Position numbers and translations under genes: made by a program. The notes beneath the pieces are model-generated. The model had not been told where the DNA came from and made no database searches. It saw only the letters and a list, made by a program, of their open reading frames with translations. DNA of 55,692 nucleotides, filler included, from Sphacelaria rigidula (taxonomy: Eukaryota), in the NCBI GenBank assembly GCA_964200075.2. It is 5 parts of 5 records of this genome, joined end to end, with 100 filler letters (N's around TTAATTAATTAA, not from the genome) between each part and the next. Parts side by side here need not be neighbours in the genome. Positions count along the whole stretch, not along the records: positions 33,479 to 44,536 come from CAXNAA020005463.1; positions 44,637 to 55,692 come from CAXNAA020005464.1; 3 more parts are not named here. The stretch is one strand, 5' to 3'. This document shows positions 38,331 through 50,483 of the stretch, in pieces. Numbering within the stretch: position 1 is the first letter of the stretch; every line of letters begins with the position of its first letter.

Positions 38331-38844
38331 CTTCCTCTGTCCCATTAGTAAAGGTACCTAAACTAGCACGGGCCCTTAACGATGTCCGATCGTTTATTTT
38401 TTATTTTATGAACTTCACGGTGTTTTTTGGGTCAAGAAAATGTGTTCAAAATTTGCAGCTCGTGCTTGAACCATGCCGCCGAACGGCTGCAAAAACAGTA
38501 GGCGGCCCAAAAATGGCCGTTTTTTGCCCCCTTTCCGAGGGGAAAAATAGTGTCGTTATTTTTATTTTGAATCGCCCCCGCCTTCACTGGGCCTTGCTGC
38601 CAGCGAGTCCTGCGCGATTAAAAAAAAAATCGACACTTTTTTCCCCTCGGAAAGGGGGCAAAAAACGACCATTTTTGGGTCGGCTACTGTTTTTGCAGCC
38701 GTTCGGCGGCATGGTTCAAGCACGAGCTTCAAATTTTAAACCCAAAAAATACCGTAGAGTTCATTTGAAAAAAACAAACAAACGATCGGACATCATTAAG
38801 GGCCCGTACAAATTTAGGTATCTTTACTTACGGAACAGAGGAAG
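38331..38844. mobile_element. Stowaway/mariner-like foldback MITE (about 514 bp, near-complete hairpin)
   Basis: ta-CTTCCTCTGTCCC...GGAACAGAGGAAG. The arms are reverse complements over about 250 bp. Confidence 0.88.
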
Positions 38845-38919
38845 TTGAAGCTTTATCAACAACAAAGAAATGCGGCGACTACGAGCTGGGGAGCTTGGGC
38901 GCGTAACTGTAGGCTGTAG

Positions 38920-39665
38920 GCTGTTAGCAGCTCACTCGTTTCAAGAGTGGTGCCTTGTGACATTTGGTGTGGACAATCACAGGGGCAGAATAAAAAAGCT
39001 GCGCCAAGACATTGAGATTATTCTTCATGGGATAAGGCCGCTCCTTGAAACAGACAATAATAACAATCTGGAAAAGTGCTTTTTTGGAGCTTCAAGGTCG
39101 TTTTACGCCCCAATAGAGAGCTAGGCGGAGTTTGACACCTTGGAATGACTTACTCTACTAGTTGAGGCGGTTCCAGGACATCTTCCCGTTTTCCGGTAGC
39201 CGCAGTTTTTTATTTTTCGCCAAACAAGCATTTTTGTCCAAGACCGGTAAAAAACAGCCAAGTTCAGAGAAAAGTGGCGATTTTTTCTCCAGATTTACAT
39301 GTTTTTTACCGTTCTTGGACAAAAATGCTTGTTTGGCGAAAAATAAAACTGCGGCTACCGGAAATCGGGAAGATGTCCTTGAACCGCCTCAACTGGTAGT
39401 AGAGCAAGTCATTCCAAGGTGACAAACTCCGTCTAGCCCTCTTTTGGGGCGTATAACGACGTAAAAGCACCACAACGGCACTTTTCCAGATTTTGATTTT
39501 TGTCTGTAAGGAGCGGCGTAAGGACAAAAAAAAACATTTTCACAAAAACGTCATCAGTCTATGGAAAAATAGCGCAATGTCTTGGCGTAGCATCTTCATT
39601 CCGCCCCTGCGAATTTCCAGATCAAACTTCCAAGCACAGCTCTCAAACTGAGCTGCTGAATCCGG
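38920..39665. mobile_element. Long palindromic (foldback) element
   Basis: The core 39097-39460 is a near-perfect hairpin. Degenerate arm pairing extends outward (gcgccaagacattg / caatgtcttggcg; caggggcagaa / ttccgcccctg). Confidence 0.85.
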
Positions 39666-39852
39666 ATGTAGTAAATTTTGTGCAATACCTTGAGCCCAGT
39701 ATGGGATGCTGCGCACGCCACATCTATTGGTAAATGACGAATTACGTGAAGGAGAGGGGTATCGACCATTTTCCCGTACCCCAAGGAACGTTCACACCAA
39801 AAACCAACGCCATCCCCTGATAACAATATGACAGGGTTTCGTATAGACTTCA

Positions 39853-40216
39853 GTGTGTGTTGTCGTCCCATTCATCCTGGACGCTGGCCTACATCTCTCG
39901 GTATATGTGGACGCACCAGCCGGGGTCACACAGGATGAAGGCCAAAACAGGAGCTTTTTTTCTTTTTCGTTTGTTTTTGGTTCTCCAGCTTCCTCCTGCG
40001 GTGCTTGCCTTTGTTTTTGAACGCGAGAGGGGTTCAGCAGTTTCAGCAGTCCCTTTCCCTCGTCGACCATGAGGTCGAATTTTGTGTACCCACGACATAG
40101 TCGCTCTCCACTGTTGGGCATCGTGTGAGAAAGAAAACCCAGATTGCTCCAAGATTTGAACCTACGACCCAACCGTCAGAAGGTGTCGAGGTTACCAAAT
40201 GAGCCACCGGGTCGAC
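39853..40216 (-). mobile_element. tRNA-derived SINE
   Basis: The sense head has an A-box-like tggctcatttggt and a B-box-like ggttcaaatct, with a (CA)n-like tail. Homologous to 41258-41610. Confidence 0.85.
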
Positions 40217-41257
40217 CACTTCAGTATCGAGATATCTCCGCACGACACCGGATTTGCTCGACATGGCGTCTCACTCAACGAGAGAGCACCTGACCGGGCT
40301 GTTGGGTACATGAGCACCTTCCCCTTGATCACACGATTCAAAAATGTGCGGATCACGACCAAATTCATCCGCGTCAATGAGACATGGCTGCGAAAGTTGA
40401 AATCCATTTTTTCAGGCTGGCCCAACCTCGTACAAAGCCAAGATCTGTTCCCATACGGATCTTTCATCAGTCAGGCAAAACCGACAGCAAGTCCAAGCCA
40501 CAGCTACGGATATTGACAATGAACAAACCGGAACCAACCCAATCCTGCTCGGTACTGCGGATTTTCCGGTCAGGTGAACCGAAACACACTTTACCTTACA
40601 TCGGCAGAACCGTTTCCAATGCACCCTACCCGCAACTCTAACCTTGCCCCTAACAACGGCAGACTTTGGACTCTCACGACAGCACGGGGGTCCTCCCCAT
40701 CTGCGCTGGGAACACAGTGCTGGCCCGCTAATAAGAAGCATCTTTGTCAAAATTTGAGTCTCAGTTTTTCTAAAAACTGAGGAGACTACCGCAAAGAGTT
40801 GAGCTCAAAATATGGGACATAATAAGAAATGAAGCGGCAGGAAATCAATGAATACCGTACAACGAAAGTCCGTACGTAGGAAGAATAACTGGAGTAAGAA
40901 ACGTGAAGAAACTGCTGGATTGGGAATAAGAAGTAGATGCAGCTTTCTTTGTCAGACAGAAGAAACGGAGAAACAGGAAATAACGTTCATATCGGCTGCC
41001 AAAGTAAGGTTTTGAGTCATGCTCAAAATAACTGTTTCTCATTTGTGGGCCGGTACTGTACCGTGTAGTGCGGCGTGATGTGCAGTTGTTGCCGACAAGC
41101 AAGTGGAACAAGGGTGGTCCTGACGGCAGGGAGCCCGGAGGCGCTCAGTCGAGTAAAAATCTTGCATAAACATCGGTAAACATGAAAAGTCATTTTCCAC
41201 AATTTTTTGTGTTTCGTTACATTCCTACCCTACTCCATCTGTTATAGCGCCTTGCCG

Positions 41258-41610
41258 GTCGCCCCGGTGACTCAGTTGCTAACCTCCAAATTTTCTGATA
41301 TTTGGGTCGCGGGTTCGAGTCTCGGAGCGATCTGGGATTTTTTCTCACACAATGTCCAACAGTGTGAGCGACTATGTCGCGGGTACACAAGACTCGACTT
41401 TACGATCGACGAGGGAAAGGGACTGCTGAACCCCTCTCGCGATAAAAAATAAAGGCAAGCACCGCAGAAGGAACCTGGGGAATGACAATAAATACAAAGA
41501 AAGGAAAGCTCCTGTGTTGGCCATCCTCCTGTGTGACCCCGGCTGGTGCGCCCACATATACCGAAAGGTGTAGACCGACGTCCAGAATAGAGGGGATAGC
41601 AACACACACA
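41258..41610 (+). mobile_element. tRNA-derived SINE
   Basis: gccccggtgactcagttgct...ggttcgagtct head; tail aacacacaca. Confidence 0.85.
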
Positions 41611-41862
41611 TACTTCATTATCCATCATGTAGCGAGCAGTTTGGCCGTAAATACACCTTGGGCACATCACCGACCACCTCTTATTTGACCCGGGCTGAGT
41701 TAGTGGAGGATCAGCTAGTGCGAGACAGTCCATCAAATCCACCTTTTGTGCCACCCTGCCTCTCATTTCTTCCTCCCCTTATTGTTCTCCACTGTTGCCA
41801 GGCCTCCTTCACTAATAGCGACTATTTCCCTGTTATTTTACATTGAATACGCGCATGTTGTA

Positions 41863-42456
41863 CTTCCTCAGTCCTATAAGTCTGTGCAGTTATGTTTGTA
41901 TCAGCCCTTAACGATTTCCGATTTGATTTTCGATTTTTTGGTTGCATTCGTTGGCGTTTTTCGACCTAAAAACAATACTCTTTCTGCAAGGTGGGTGCTT
42001 GACTCGTGCAGCCTCGGGACCGCAAAAAAGTGGGTCGGTCAAAATATGGTCATTTTTCGCTTTTTGCCCAGTAAAGCATAGCAGACCGGGGAATCGCGAA
42101 AAATCGTGAACAAAATGGGAAAACCGCAAAACCACCACTGATTTGGATATCTCTGTGACGTTAACCTACGCATGCCCCATCTAACAAATTTTCAGCATGT
42201 AAGTGCTAGTGCTCGCCGTAAAAACGTCCAAAATTGGTCAACATCGGGGTTTAAGTGGACCAAAAAGGGCCAAAATGAGGTATTTTTTTTAACGTAATTT
42301 CAGTATTGAAAGCGATTTTTTTCTTCTCTTTACTTTTGAGTCAGCTTCGTCTGTGCGTTATCTCTCTAACGAAACCAACTGTAGGATGATCGTCAGCGTT
42401 GAAATACCCAAACGATTAAACGTCCATAACTACACAGACTTATGAGACAGAGGAAG
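41863..42456. mobile_element. Stowaway/mariner-like MITE with TA TSD
   Basis: ta-cttcctcagtcctataagtctgtgcagttatg...cataactacacagacttatgagacagaggaag-ta. Confidence 0.88.
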
Positions 42457-42924
42457 TATCTACTGTAATGACCATGGCTAGACTCTCGAATCGGGGATCA
42501 CTTCGTGTACGACACTTTATCAACGAACCAACGAACCAACGAATCCATCAAGCAACCAATGTACAACCCGCCAGCATAGAGGCGACTTTTTTCTACTTGA
42601 TATATAGACACCATCTCCAACAAACAGCGAACGTTCTATAATATATCTTGTACTCAGTTACTGTGAGAAGGCCATTGCATCGATCTACCAATAATACATG
42701 ACTTGTCCACGTTAAGGTCATTCTCTCTTGACCTGAAATTAGCTGAAAAATACGTGTTCGATGTCTCGTCTCGTAACCAGGGCTGGGTTCGCAGTAGATC
42801 AGCGAGCGTGAGACAATCCATCAATCAAAAATATCCAAACGGGCAAATAAATAATCAAAACAATCGATATTTTCCTGCCTGAGCCGGTAAACTGTACTGC
42901 TGAACGGTTTCAGGGTCCGCGCAC

Positions 42925-43085
42925 CTCCGAAGGGCCCCGGATAAATCCGCCACGAGACTTAGATGAATCCTCAGCCGGCCCCTGAGCACATACCACCGCC
43001 CCTGGCTGACTTGTGAGCATGGCCTCGCAGAGCTCGCCCACGCTCTCTGGATCCGCCGCCACAACGTCCAAATTTCCCACCAAAT
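42925..43085 (-). CDS. Exon of the Tic62-like protein
   Basis: ttttcag|(D)LVGNLDVVAADPESVGELCEAMLTSQPGAVVCAQGPAEDSSKSRGGFIRGPSE|gtgcgc splices to give ...GPSEVDG..., like Tic62 ...GPYRID.... The 5' GxxGxxG exon and the 3' exons were not found on this contig. Confidence 0.85.
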
Positions 43086-43224
43086 CTGAAAAGTTCACAA
43101 TGGATAGCACAAAGCTGTCTTTTGCATTACCGTTCGCATTGGCACCGGAGCTCAGGATAACGAAAATAGAGGCCTTTGGGGGCTGGGTTGACAAACTCTT
43201 GAGACTACCGACCCTTCCCGAGGA

Positions 43225-43531
43225 CGGGGGGGTACCTCATGATATTATATACCGTGGTCATATGATCATTGATCTCGCATTCCTACAAAGCCGGGACGGA
43301 GCACCCCGGGCTTTGGCCGGACCAGGCTCGCAATCAATCACCAACCGCGAAGCGCCGTGATGTGCCCGGCGAGTCGCAGAAGGGCGAGCTGCATCCTACT
43401 AATTGTTGGACCCGGAGCGTACCAATGATCTCGCACATGGACAATAGCCTCGAACACTTTGCTTAATTATCTGGTATTGCCACTTCCAGAGACAGCCACG
43501 GCATACACACTGCCTCCATTGTGTCTCATCA
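43225..43531 (-). mobile_element. ~320-bp LINE-tail-related repeat
   Basis: Full copy; the sense 3' end is ...atcatgaggtacccccccg. Confidence 0.85.
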
Positions 43532-43891
43532 CTTTACACTACGTAGTACAATGACCCCGTTTGCGCGCTCAGGAGGGGGACGAGAAGAGGGGGGGGGCGG
43601 GGCAGGTCAAGAGTGCAACGATGGCAAAGAGGGAAAATGTATCCTCACCAGATGGCATAAAACCTGCATCCGAGAATAATGATTTCGCTTCCTGCACCTT
43701 CGATGGAGTAACGGTAGCGGTTACCCTGACACCTTCCGCGAGAAGTTCTCTGGGTCGAGGAAGTGAACAATCAGAAACAAAACATCAACGAAAAAAACAG
43801 TGTAGGTGCGTGTTCAAACGAGGTTTGCGCGGGCAAAGTGCTGCCGTTAGTATCGAACGCCCCTTCCTGCCCCCCGCCCACCACCCCCGAT

Positions 43892-44087
43892 AGACGGCGA
43901 AACAGTAAGGAGATAAGAGCTGTAAAGGGGTTTTGGTGCGGTGTATGGAAGAAACATAATGAGCGCCAAAATGTTGAAGGTATCTCGAATAGGAGTAGAA
44001 ACGGTGCTCCGTCTGGAAAGGGATGCGGGGGGTCAGTGTTAAATGACAAAGGCAAGCAACAAATCAGTACGCCGTCGCTCCCCACCA
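43892..44087 (+). mobile_element. LINE 3' fragment flanked by C-rich tracts
   Basis: Matches 16727-16903 (gacggcgaaacag...ggtgctccgtc...ggcaagcaacaaatcagtacgcc). Confidence 0.85.
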
Positions 44088-44239
44088 CAAAACCAGTACT
44101 ACACTTTCTTGCTCGCGCTCGTTTTAGCAGTAATAATAGTAGGGATGGCGACAGGGCTAACGACCGTTTCTGAAGAATAAGCCCTGGCCGATAAGGCATG
44201 CCTTACTTTTTGCCCTAGAGCCCCTCTTCGAAAAGGGGT

Positions 44240-44536
44240 TGCCTGATCAGGTGTTCTCTGTCTGTGTGTGTTATGTGTTGTCGTCCCATATATTCTGGGC
44301 ACCAGTCTGCACCCTGATCAGGTGTTCTCTGTCTGTGTGTGTTGTGTGTTGTCGTCCCATATATTCTGGGCACCAGTCCTCACCCTTTGGGTATTTGTGG
44401 GTGCATCGGCCGCGGTCACACAGGAGGAGGGTGGACATAGGTGCTTTTTTTTTTTCAATGCCCCACCTTCCTTCTGCGGTGCTTGGCTTTTTCTTTGTTA
44501 TCGCGAGACGGGTTCTGGAATGCTTTTACCACGTCG
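44240..44536 (-). mobile_element. SINE 3' part with a duplicated tail segment
   Basis: Homologous to 39853-40040. cctgatcaggtgttctctgtctgtgtgt...gggcaccagtc occurs twice in tandem. Confidence 0.7.
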
Positions 44537-44636
44537 NNNNNNNNNNNNNNNNNNNNNNNNNNNNNNNNNNNNNNNNNNNNTTAATTAATTAANNNNNNNN
44601 NNNNNNNNNNNNNNNNNNNNNNNNNNNNNNNNNNNN
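44537..44636. other. Artificial contig linker
   Basis: N44-TTAATTAATTAA-N44. Confidence 0.98.
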
Positions 44637-45904
44637 CCCTGTGTATATGGGGTGGTTTTTTTCCCCCTCCTCGGCTCCCCCCCTGGTGCCCCCCCCCCCC
44701 CCCCCTCTCCCCCCAACCTAACTCTCGAACATGAATGTATATTCAAGAGTAGTCTGAAGGCGTTCCACCGCACGTGAAGCGCGTGGCTCGTCGTGCAGCA
44801 CTTCGGCCGATGACTTTGCTTTTTTCCGGGTGTCGTTTTATCTATTGGTGTGTCATATGCACATACCGACCATTTTTTTGTGGTGACCCCGTGTGACCGT
44901 CTCATCTGCCTGTGGTGAAAAAAACAACAAAAAGAGCTCATGTGTGCATTTGATTTTCCATGCGAAATGTGTCATCTCAGTGACTACGTGCACAGGGGAG
45001 GATCCCGCTACAGTGCGGTCCTTCAGAGTCCGCGGTTCCACCGCAGTGCGGTGAAAATCACATGTCACACTAAATACCAAGTGATGAAACTATTTTACCG
45101 GTACAGCACATTTTATGCATGCTGCGATAGTTGCTGAAGCCTCGCGAAACCTGTTCTCATTACACACGCGTTCGTATCGATGTTTCTCTCGGGTGCTGTG
45201 TTCCGTCCACCTTGGTGCCATGTATATACATATATTACATATGAAAAGGTTCGAGAGCATTTGTTGAAGAGCTCCGTTCCTTCCCAGGACGGCGAAGAGA
45301 CTGGAAGGCGAGGTCACCGTCGCCATACTTCGGCTGTAACTTCAAGCGGGGAAGGCGCTGATAGCAGTAGACGGGCGGAGACGACGGCAGGAACGGAGTG
45401 TCAACCGGGCGTGATATTTTCCGTTTTCCGAGGTCGTGGTACATAGCATCTCATGTCGGTGAAATGAGTTTTCATAGTGTTGTTTAAATATGGTGCCATG
45501 TTGGGAGGTGAAACGTTCGTGATTGGCTGACGGGGAGATGCGTGAACTTGACTGCTGTACGGCGCTGTGTCATGTTTGCACGCAGCCATTTGATGTGGGA
45601 GGTCGCCCTTTCCCTTCCTCTCCCCTTCCTGAAAATTTTGTTTTGTCGGAAGTTTTTTTCTTTTCTTTTTTAGGCTGTGTCCATTTTCGGAGGCGGGTTT
45701 TGAGTATCGTGTTTGCCTGCTGGCTCTGTTTTGTGTAGGGTTGAAAATCACGATGACGAAGGGATAATGCTGCACGTACCTTTTTTAATTTATTCATGGG
45801 GACAGAGATGGTGGAAGGGGAGATCGGAAGGATAGGGGGGGACGGGGGGGAGAGGGGGGGGGGGAATGTTGGNNNNNNNNNTGTATTTGTTTTTTTTTGT
45901 TTGG

Positions 45905-45924
45905 TGGGGGGGGGGGGGGGGGGG

Positions 45925-45976
<52 letters not shown>
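45905..45976 (+). repeat. Long poly-G tract
   Basis: About 70 nt, almost pure G, next to a small N gap. The length may be unreliable. Confidence 0.8.
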
Positions 45977-45978
<2 letters not shown>

Positions 45979-46539
45979 AATGTTGGAAGTATCAGTACTC
46001 TCGTGCGTGAACCCTCATCCTGCAACTGAGGGGGGGGTTAATGAAAAGAGATGAGGTGTGCGGTAAATGTGAGGGAATGGGGTTGGGAGGAAACAAGCGA
46101 CCACTATGCGGATAATTGGAAGTCATTCGCCTTGTTCCCTGTGCCTGGGTCAGTGTTGTCGACTCGTTGTTGGAGTCCCTACGCACCTTGGAGCAGTGAA
46201 TTGGGCCGCTAGTTGTGTCGTCTTCTGTGGGATGATATATTGTGGGCCGTTTTTTGTGTTTTTTGTCACGTCCCGGGGGGTGATGCGCACAGTCGGGTCC
46301 GAGACAGGAGAGATTTGGTACGACTGGACCATTTGTGGTCGATATCCACAGGGTCGCGGTTGCTGCGGTACAGCAAAACAGACTGTGGTCTATTGAGAAT
46401 TACCCTAGTCGTACTTCGGAATATTTTTCTTCCGTTTTTTTTCCCCTTCTCCTCCTACCCCCGGCCATTGATTTGTCGTGGTTTATATTGTAGATTCAAA
46501 GTGTCACCGAGTAGTTGCGAAGATAGGATAGGGAAGATA

Positions 46540-46851
46540 TTGCAAGTTTCTGTGCGGTAGGGCATGGGATTTCTTGAACTGACAGAGCTGTCGGGTACCG
46601 GTATGGAAGTCTTACAGGGCTTGCAGAACCTGTCGGGTACGGTATGGAGGTTGTACAGAAACCCTTACCCGCAACCGGGAATTTGTGCAAGGGTATACCC
46701 GTACCACCGGGTAAGGGTGGGAATTTCGTACAGTGATTTACAGCGCTATCGGGTACCGGTAGGAGAGACTCACAGAACTGTCGGGTACCGGTGATACCCG
46801 GGTAGATATCCCAGGTATGCAGAAAATCGTACCCTACAGAACACGATCTTG
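46540..46851. mobile_element. MITE-like repeat with internal CAGAACTGTCGGGTAC subrepeats
   Basis: Repeated tcgggtaccggt/cagaa units; termini ttctgtgcggtaggg... and ...gtaccctacagaacacgatcttga. Confidence 0.6.
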
Positions 46852-47897
46852 AGATACTCAATCACTACCGTGGAGTCATGGCCACGGTTTTGAGGGAGCA
46901 CCTGCAACCCCGTGTTGTCAAGTTTCAGAATGGCCTAGTAACGCGGGGGCAGGGGGTTGGGGGGGTGGGCACAATGATGATTTAGGGAGATTGAAGGTTG
47001 GGTGAGGGATCCTAGTGGAGACGCTGGGAATTCGCGACCTTTCGCATGAGAGTCATAAATACGCCATGAGAAAGTTCCGCCACGTGACATTACCCGGTAT
47101 ATAGCTTGTGTGGCGGACTAGCCGATCAACTTTGCGATAGGCATATTATCTCATCTCCCATTTAGTTTTTTGTTCACCACAGACGTTTGCCGAGGGCTAA
47201 CCCTTAGCATGCGTGAAATGAGCGCCTTCCGCTTCCCCCCCCCCCCGCTTCCCCTGGGCTTGAGGGTACAAGTATGTCGTGTTGAAGTCGAGAATGAGGG
47301 TCGTCCTGAGACTTCTCCTTTAGGCTTCCTTGGGGACGGCCATGGTTGTTTGGATGTTGAAGATGCGATTTTTGTAGTGAGGATGAAGACGAGACAAGAA
47401 AAAATCTTGCACGAAAATTGGCCGGCCCTTCGATGTTGTGTAGAAAGGAAGGAAAAAGAAATGTCTTCCTAGAAGGAATGAGAAGGTAGGTCCTACTGAA
47501 AGTGAAGAAGGATGAATTTGGCTGTTCTGGGTCTTATTTGATTGGCGTGATATTTTGGTATTTTTGTTTTGTTTTGTTGATTGTTGGGATAGGTAGTAAT
47601 ATCCTTGTTTTAGTAGCTGGGGATGTAGCGCGATTATTACCTCTGTGTTTGATTATTTTATCCCAATGTTGCACGTAGTTGTTGATGTTACTGTCGCATT
47701 GCGACTGGGGGGGGGGGGGGGGGAGGGGGAAGGTACGGCTTATTTAGACATAGTACTAGGATATTATCACCTATCCGGTGTCGCGCGGTTCACAGTCCGT
47801 CGTATTTACACGAGTTGTCGATGCTGTACATAACGGTAATAGCATAAAAGGGAGTCAAGTAGCAAAAACGTTGTTGTTTGAGAGTCATGCTACAATA

Positions 47898-49590
47898 GGG
47901 GAGGGGGAGGAGAGGGGGGGGGGGAGGGGGGGCGTACTCATTTGTTGCTTGCCTTGGTCGTTTGACCATTGATGATGCATCTTTTTCGAGACGGAGCACC
48001 GTTCCTACTCCTAATAGAAAAACCTCCAACATTCAGGTGCTCATAACGTTTCTTCTAGTACACTACAGAAAAACCTTTCACATACTGTATCTTATCCCCG
48101 TCCTGTTTCGCCGTCTGTGGTCGCCATCTCCTAGTATAGCCATCGTTTTTTCGCTACTGTCTAGTGCATCAAACGATTTCATGCCACCCTCGTTCACGTC
48201 CCGCGTTTTGCTCTCTAGCACATCCCATTCCTCTTTGTATAGTTCACACTCTGCCACTAAGTGAGTTCTGCTCTCTATTGCTTTGCCACAGAGGCAGTTC
48301 TGTACATCTACTTCCTCCTCCACATGACTACTGGTTTATCTCCATTTCTTCTTTCTGGCAGGTCCAGGTCCCCAACCCGAAACGCCGTTTCAATTTTTTC
48401 GCCGCGTCCATTGCGCCATGCAGATATGTTTTCATCCCTATCCCCTCTCTTAACCCCCCGTGTATCTTCAGGTGTTATTCCTCGTCTACTTTGCGTCTGA
48501 GCGCTCCTTTCCCCCTTGTTTCTACAATGACTCTTAATCCATACTTTTGTACTACTTTGCACGCCGCGCCTTCACTTGTGGATAGTATTCCGTCTTGGTT
48601 TCCTTTCACCTCCTTGAACACTTTCTCGACTTTTTTATCCTACCTTACTTCAGCCCGTCCTTGAATAATTTTCTTCATTACAGCTTTATCAACTAATATA
48701 CCTGACAATCTCTGTGCATACATGTTCTTCAAGCTACGTTGCCATCGTTATTGTCTCGTGTCTCGTTAGATTTAGGTGAGTACCTTCCCGACTCTGCTCG
48801 CAATCCCCCATGTATCTTCAGGTGTTCTTCCTCGTCTACTTTGCGTCTGAGCGCTCCTTTCCCCCTTATTTCTACAATGTCTCTTACTTCATACTTTTGT
48901 TCTACTTTGCACGCCGCGCCTTCACTTGTGGACAGTATTCTGTCTTGGTTTCCTTTCATCTCCTTGAACACTTTGTCGACTCCTCCTTTATCCTGCCTTA
49001 CTTCAGCCTGTCCTTGAATAATTTTCTTCACTATAGCTTTATCAACTATACCTGACAATCTCTCTCTGTGCATACATGTTCTTCAAGCTATGTTGCCATC
49101 GTTATTGTCTCGTATCTCTCGTTAGATTTAGGTGAGTACATTCCCGACTCTGCTCTCAAAGCTGCAATATTATTTGTCGTTTCGAGCATCCAAGTATTTT
49201 CTGAGCCGCTGCCATCTGGGCTCTTTTTTCCAACTTCTTTACCAACTTCACGTTCCCCTCCCATACTTCTCCTGCAATTCCACCTTTTGGTAAGATCTCA
49301 CGTTCATCAGAATACATATCTTGACTGACTCTAGTATCTAGGTGCGAGTCTCTGAGGATCACGTGCATCCTGCCTATCTGTGCCTTACCCTTTTCTACTA
49401 ATTATTATTTCATGTGTGCATCCCAAGAACAGTTTCGTCATATCCTCCTCACGCCAAGGTATGTATCCTGGTCTAAGATAGGCGATTCCTCTTCTCCCCA
49501 CTTTCGTTTGAACTCTACTAGATTTCAATTATCTTCGTTACAGACGAGCACCGCGCATTTGTTAGCGTTCGCTTTCATTCTTCATTTCCT
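47898..49590 (-). mobile_element. 5'-truncated LINE copy with an internal ~350-bp tandem duplication and a C-rich tail
   Basis: CLCGKAIESRTHLVAEC; ILRDSHLDTR; duplication 48455-48800 / 48805-49156; the sense end is aaatgagtacgccccccctccccc. Confidence 0.92.
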
Positions 49591-49614
49591 ACGAGCTGGG
49601 CCAGCCTAGAGGCG

Positions 49615-49925
49615 GATTTGAAGTTTGCAGGCCCATGCTCCCGCCAGTACTTAGAGTTGGACCCTGAAATTTGGCATGAACAATAAATAGGGCATGAAAA
49701 ACAAGATACATCATCGGCACCAAAAAAAATATTTCATTTTTTTCATGAATTGAAGGCATTTTACTGATACCTGAAAACTGATTATTGCTCAAAACTCATG
49801 AAAAAAACAAAAAAAGTGCTGGTTCCGATTATATATTTTTTCATGCCCTATTCGTTGTCCATATCACATTTCAGGGCCCAACTCTAAATAATATTGGCGG
49901 GAGCATAGGCCTTTCAAAAACCGGG
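49615..49925. mobile_element. Palindromic MITE
   Basis: ggcccatgctcccgcca...ttagagttggaccctgaaat...tagggcatgaaaaa pairs with tttttcatgcccta...atttcagggcccaactctaa...tggcgggagcataggcc. Confidence 0.8.
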
Positions 49926-50483
49926 TCAGTAGAAATTCGGAACAGTATTTCGCAGGCCACTTACCGGCCCGTGTATGGTTTTCGTGTATTGAAATTTTGT
50001 GTGGGCGCTCTCTAAGGCATAATTATCAAAACAAAGTGGGTCAGGTTTCTTTTTTTCATTTTTTCACTGGTTTACGGCGTTCTACTGTGTGGTAAAGACC
50101 ATTTGTTCACGAGAACGCCCTAGCCTCTATGAAAGAAAAAAAATGAAGGCCCATTTTTTTTTATTCCACACTCTTTTTTTTATGGTTCTCCACACCAAAA
50201 TCCGTCGCCGCCATCCGCTAAATGCATCGATCGGGAGTTTCATAGAGATTTTAGTACTGGCGCTATCTCCCTCAGGTATAGGAATTACTAGGCATGGGGT
50301 TTAATCAACGAGAAAATATGGGCCCAAACTTTTGAGCAGATGGGCACCTTCCCCTTGATTATTAGACGATCAACACGATATGCGAATCACGGCCCAACTC
50401 GTCTGTGTCGATGAGATATTGCTTTTAGAGCTTGAATCCGTTTTTAGGCTAGCCCAGCTCGTAGTGTGTTCTACTGTAAATAA

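Noticed and set aside
38024-38848. 274-aa ORF
   Set aside because: Runs through a palindromic MITE and has no protein motifs.
41258-41330. tRNA gene
   Set aside because: tRNA-like head without a proper cloverleaf, followed by a SINE body shared with other copies. The same applies to 40140-40216 and the lone B box at about 27910.
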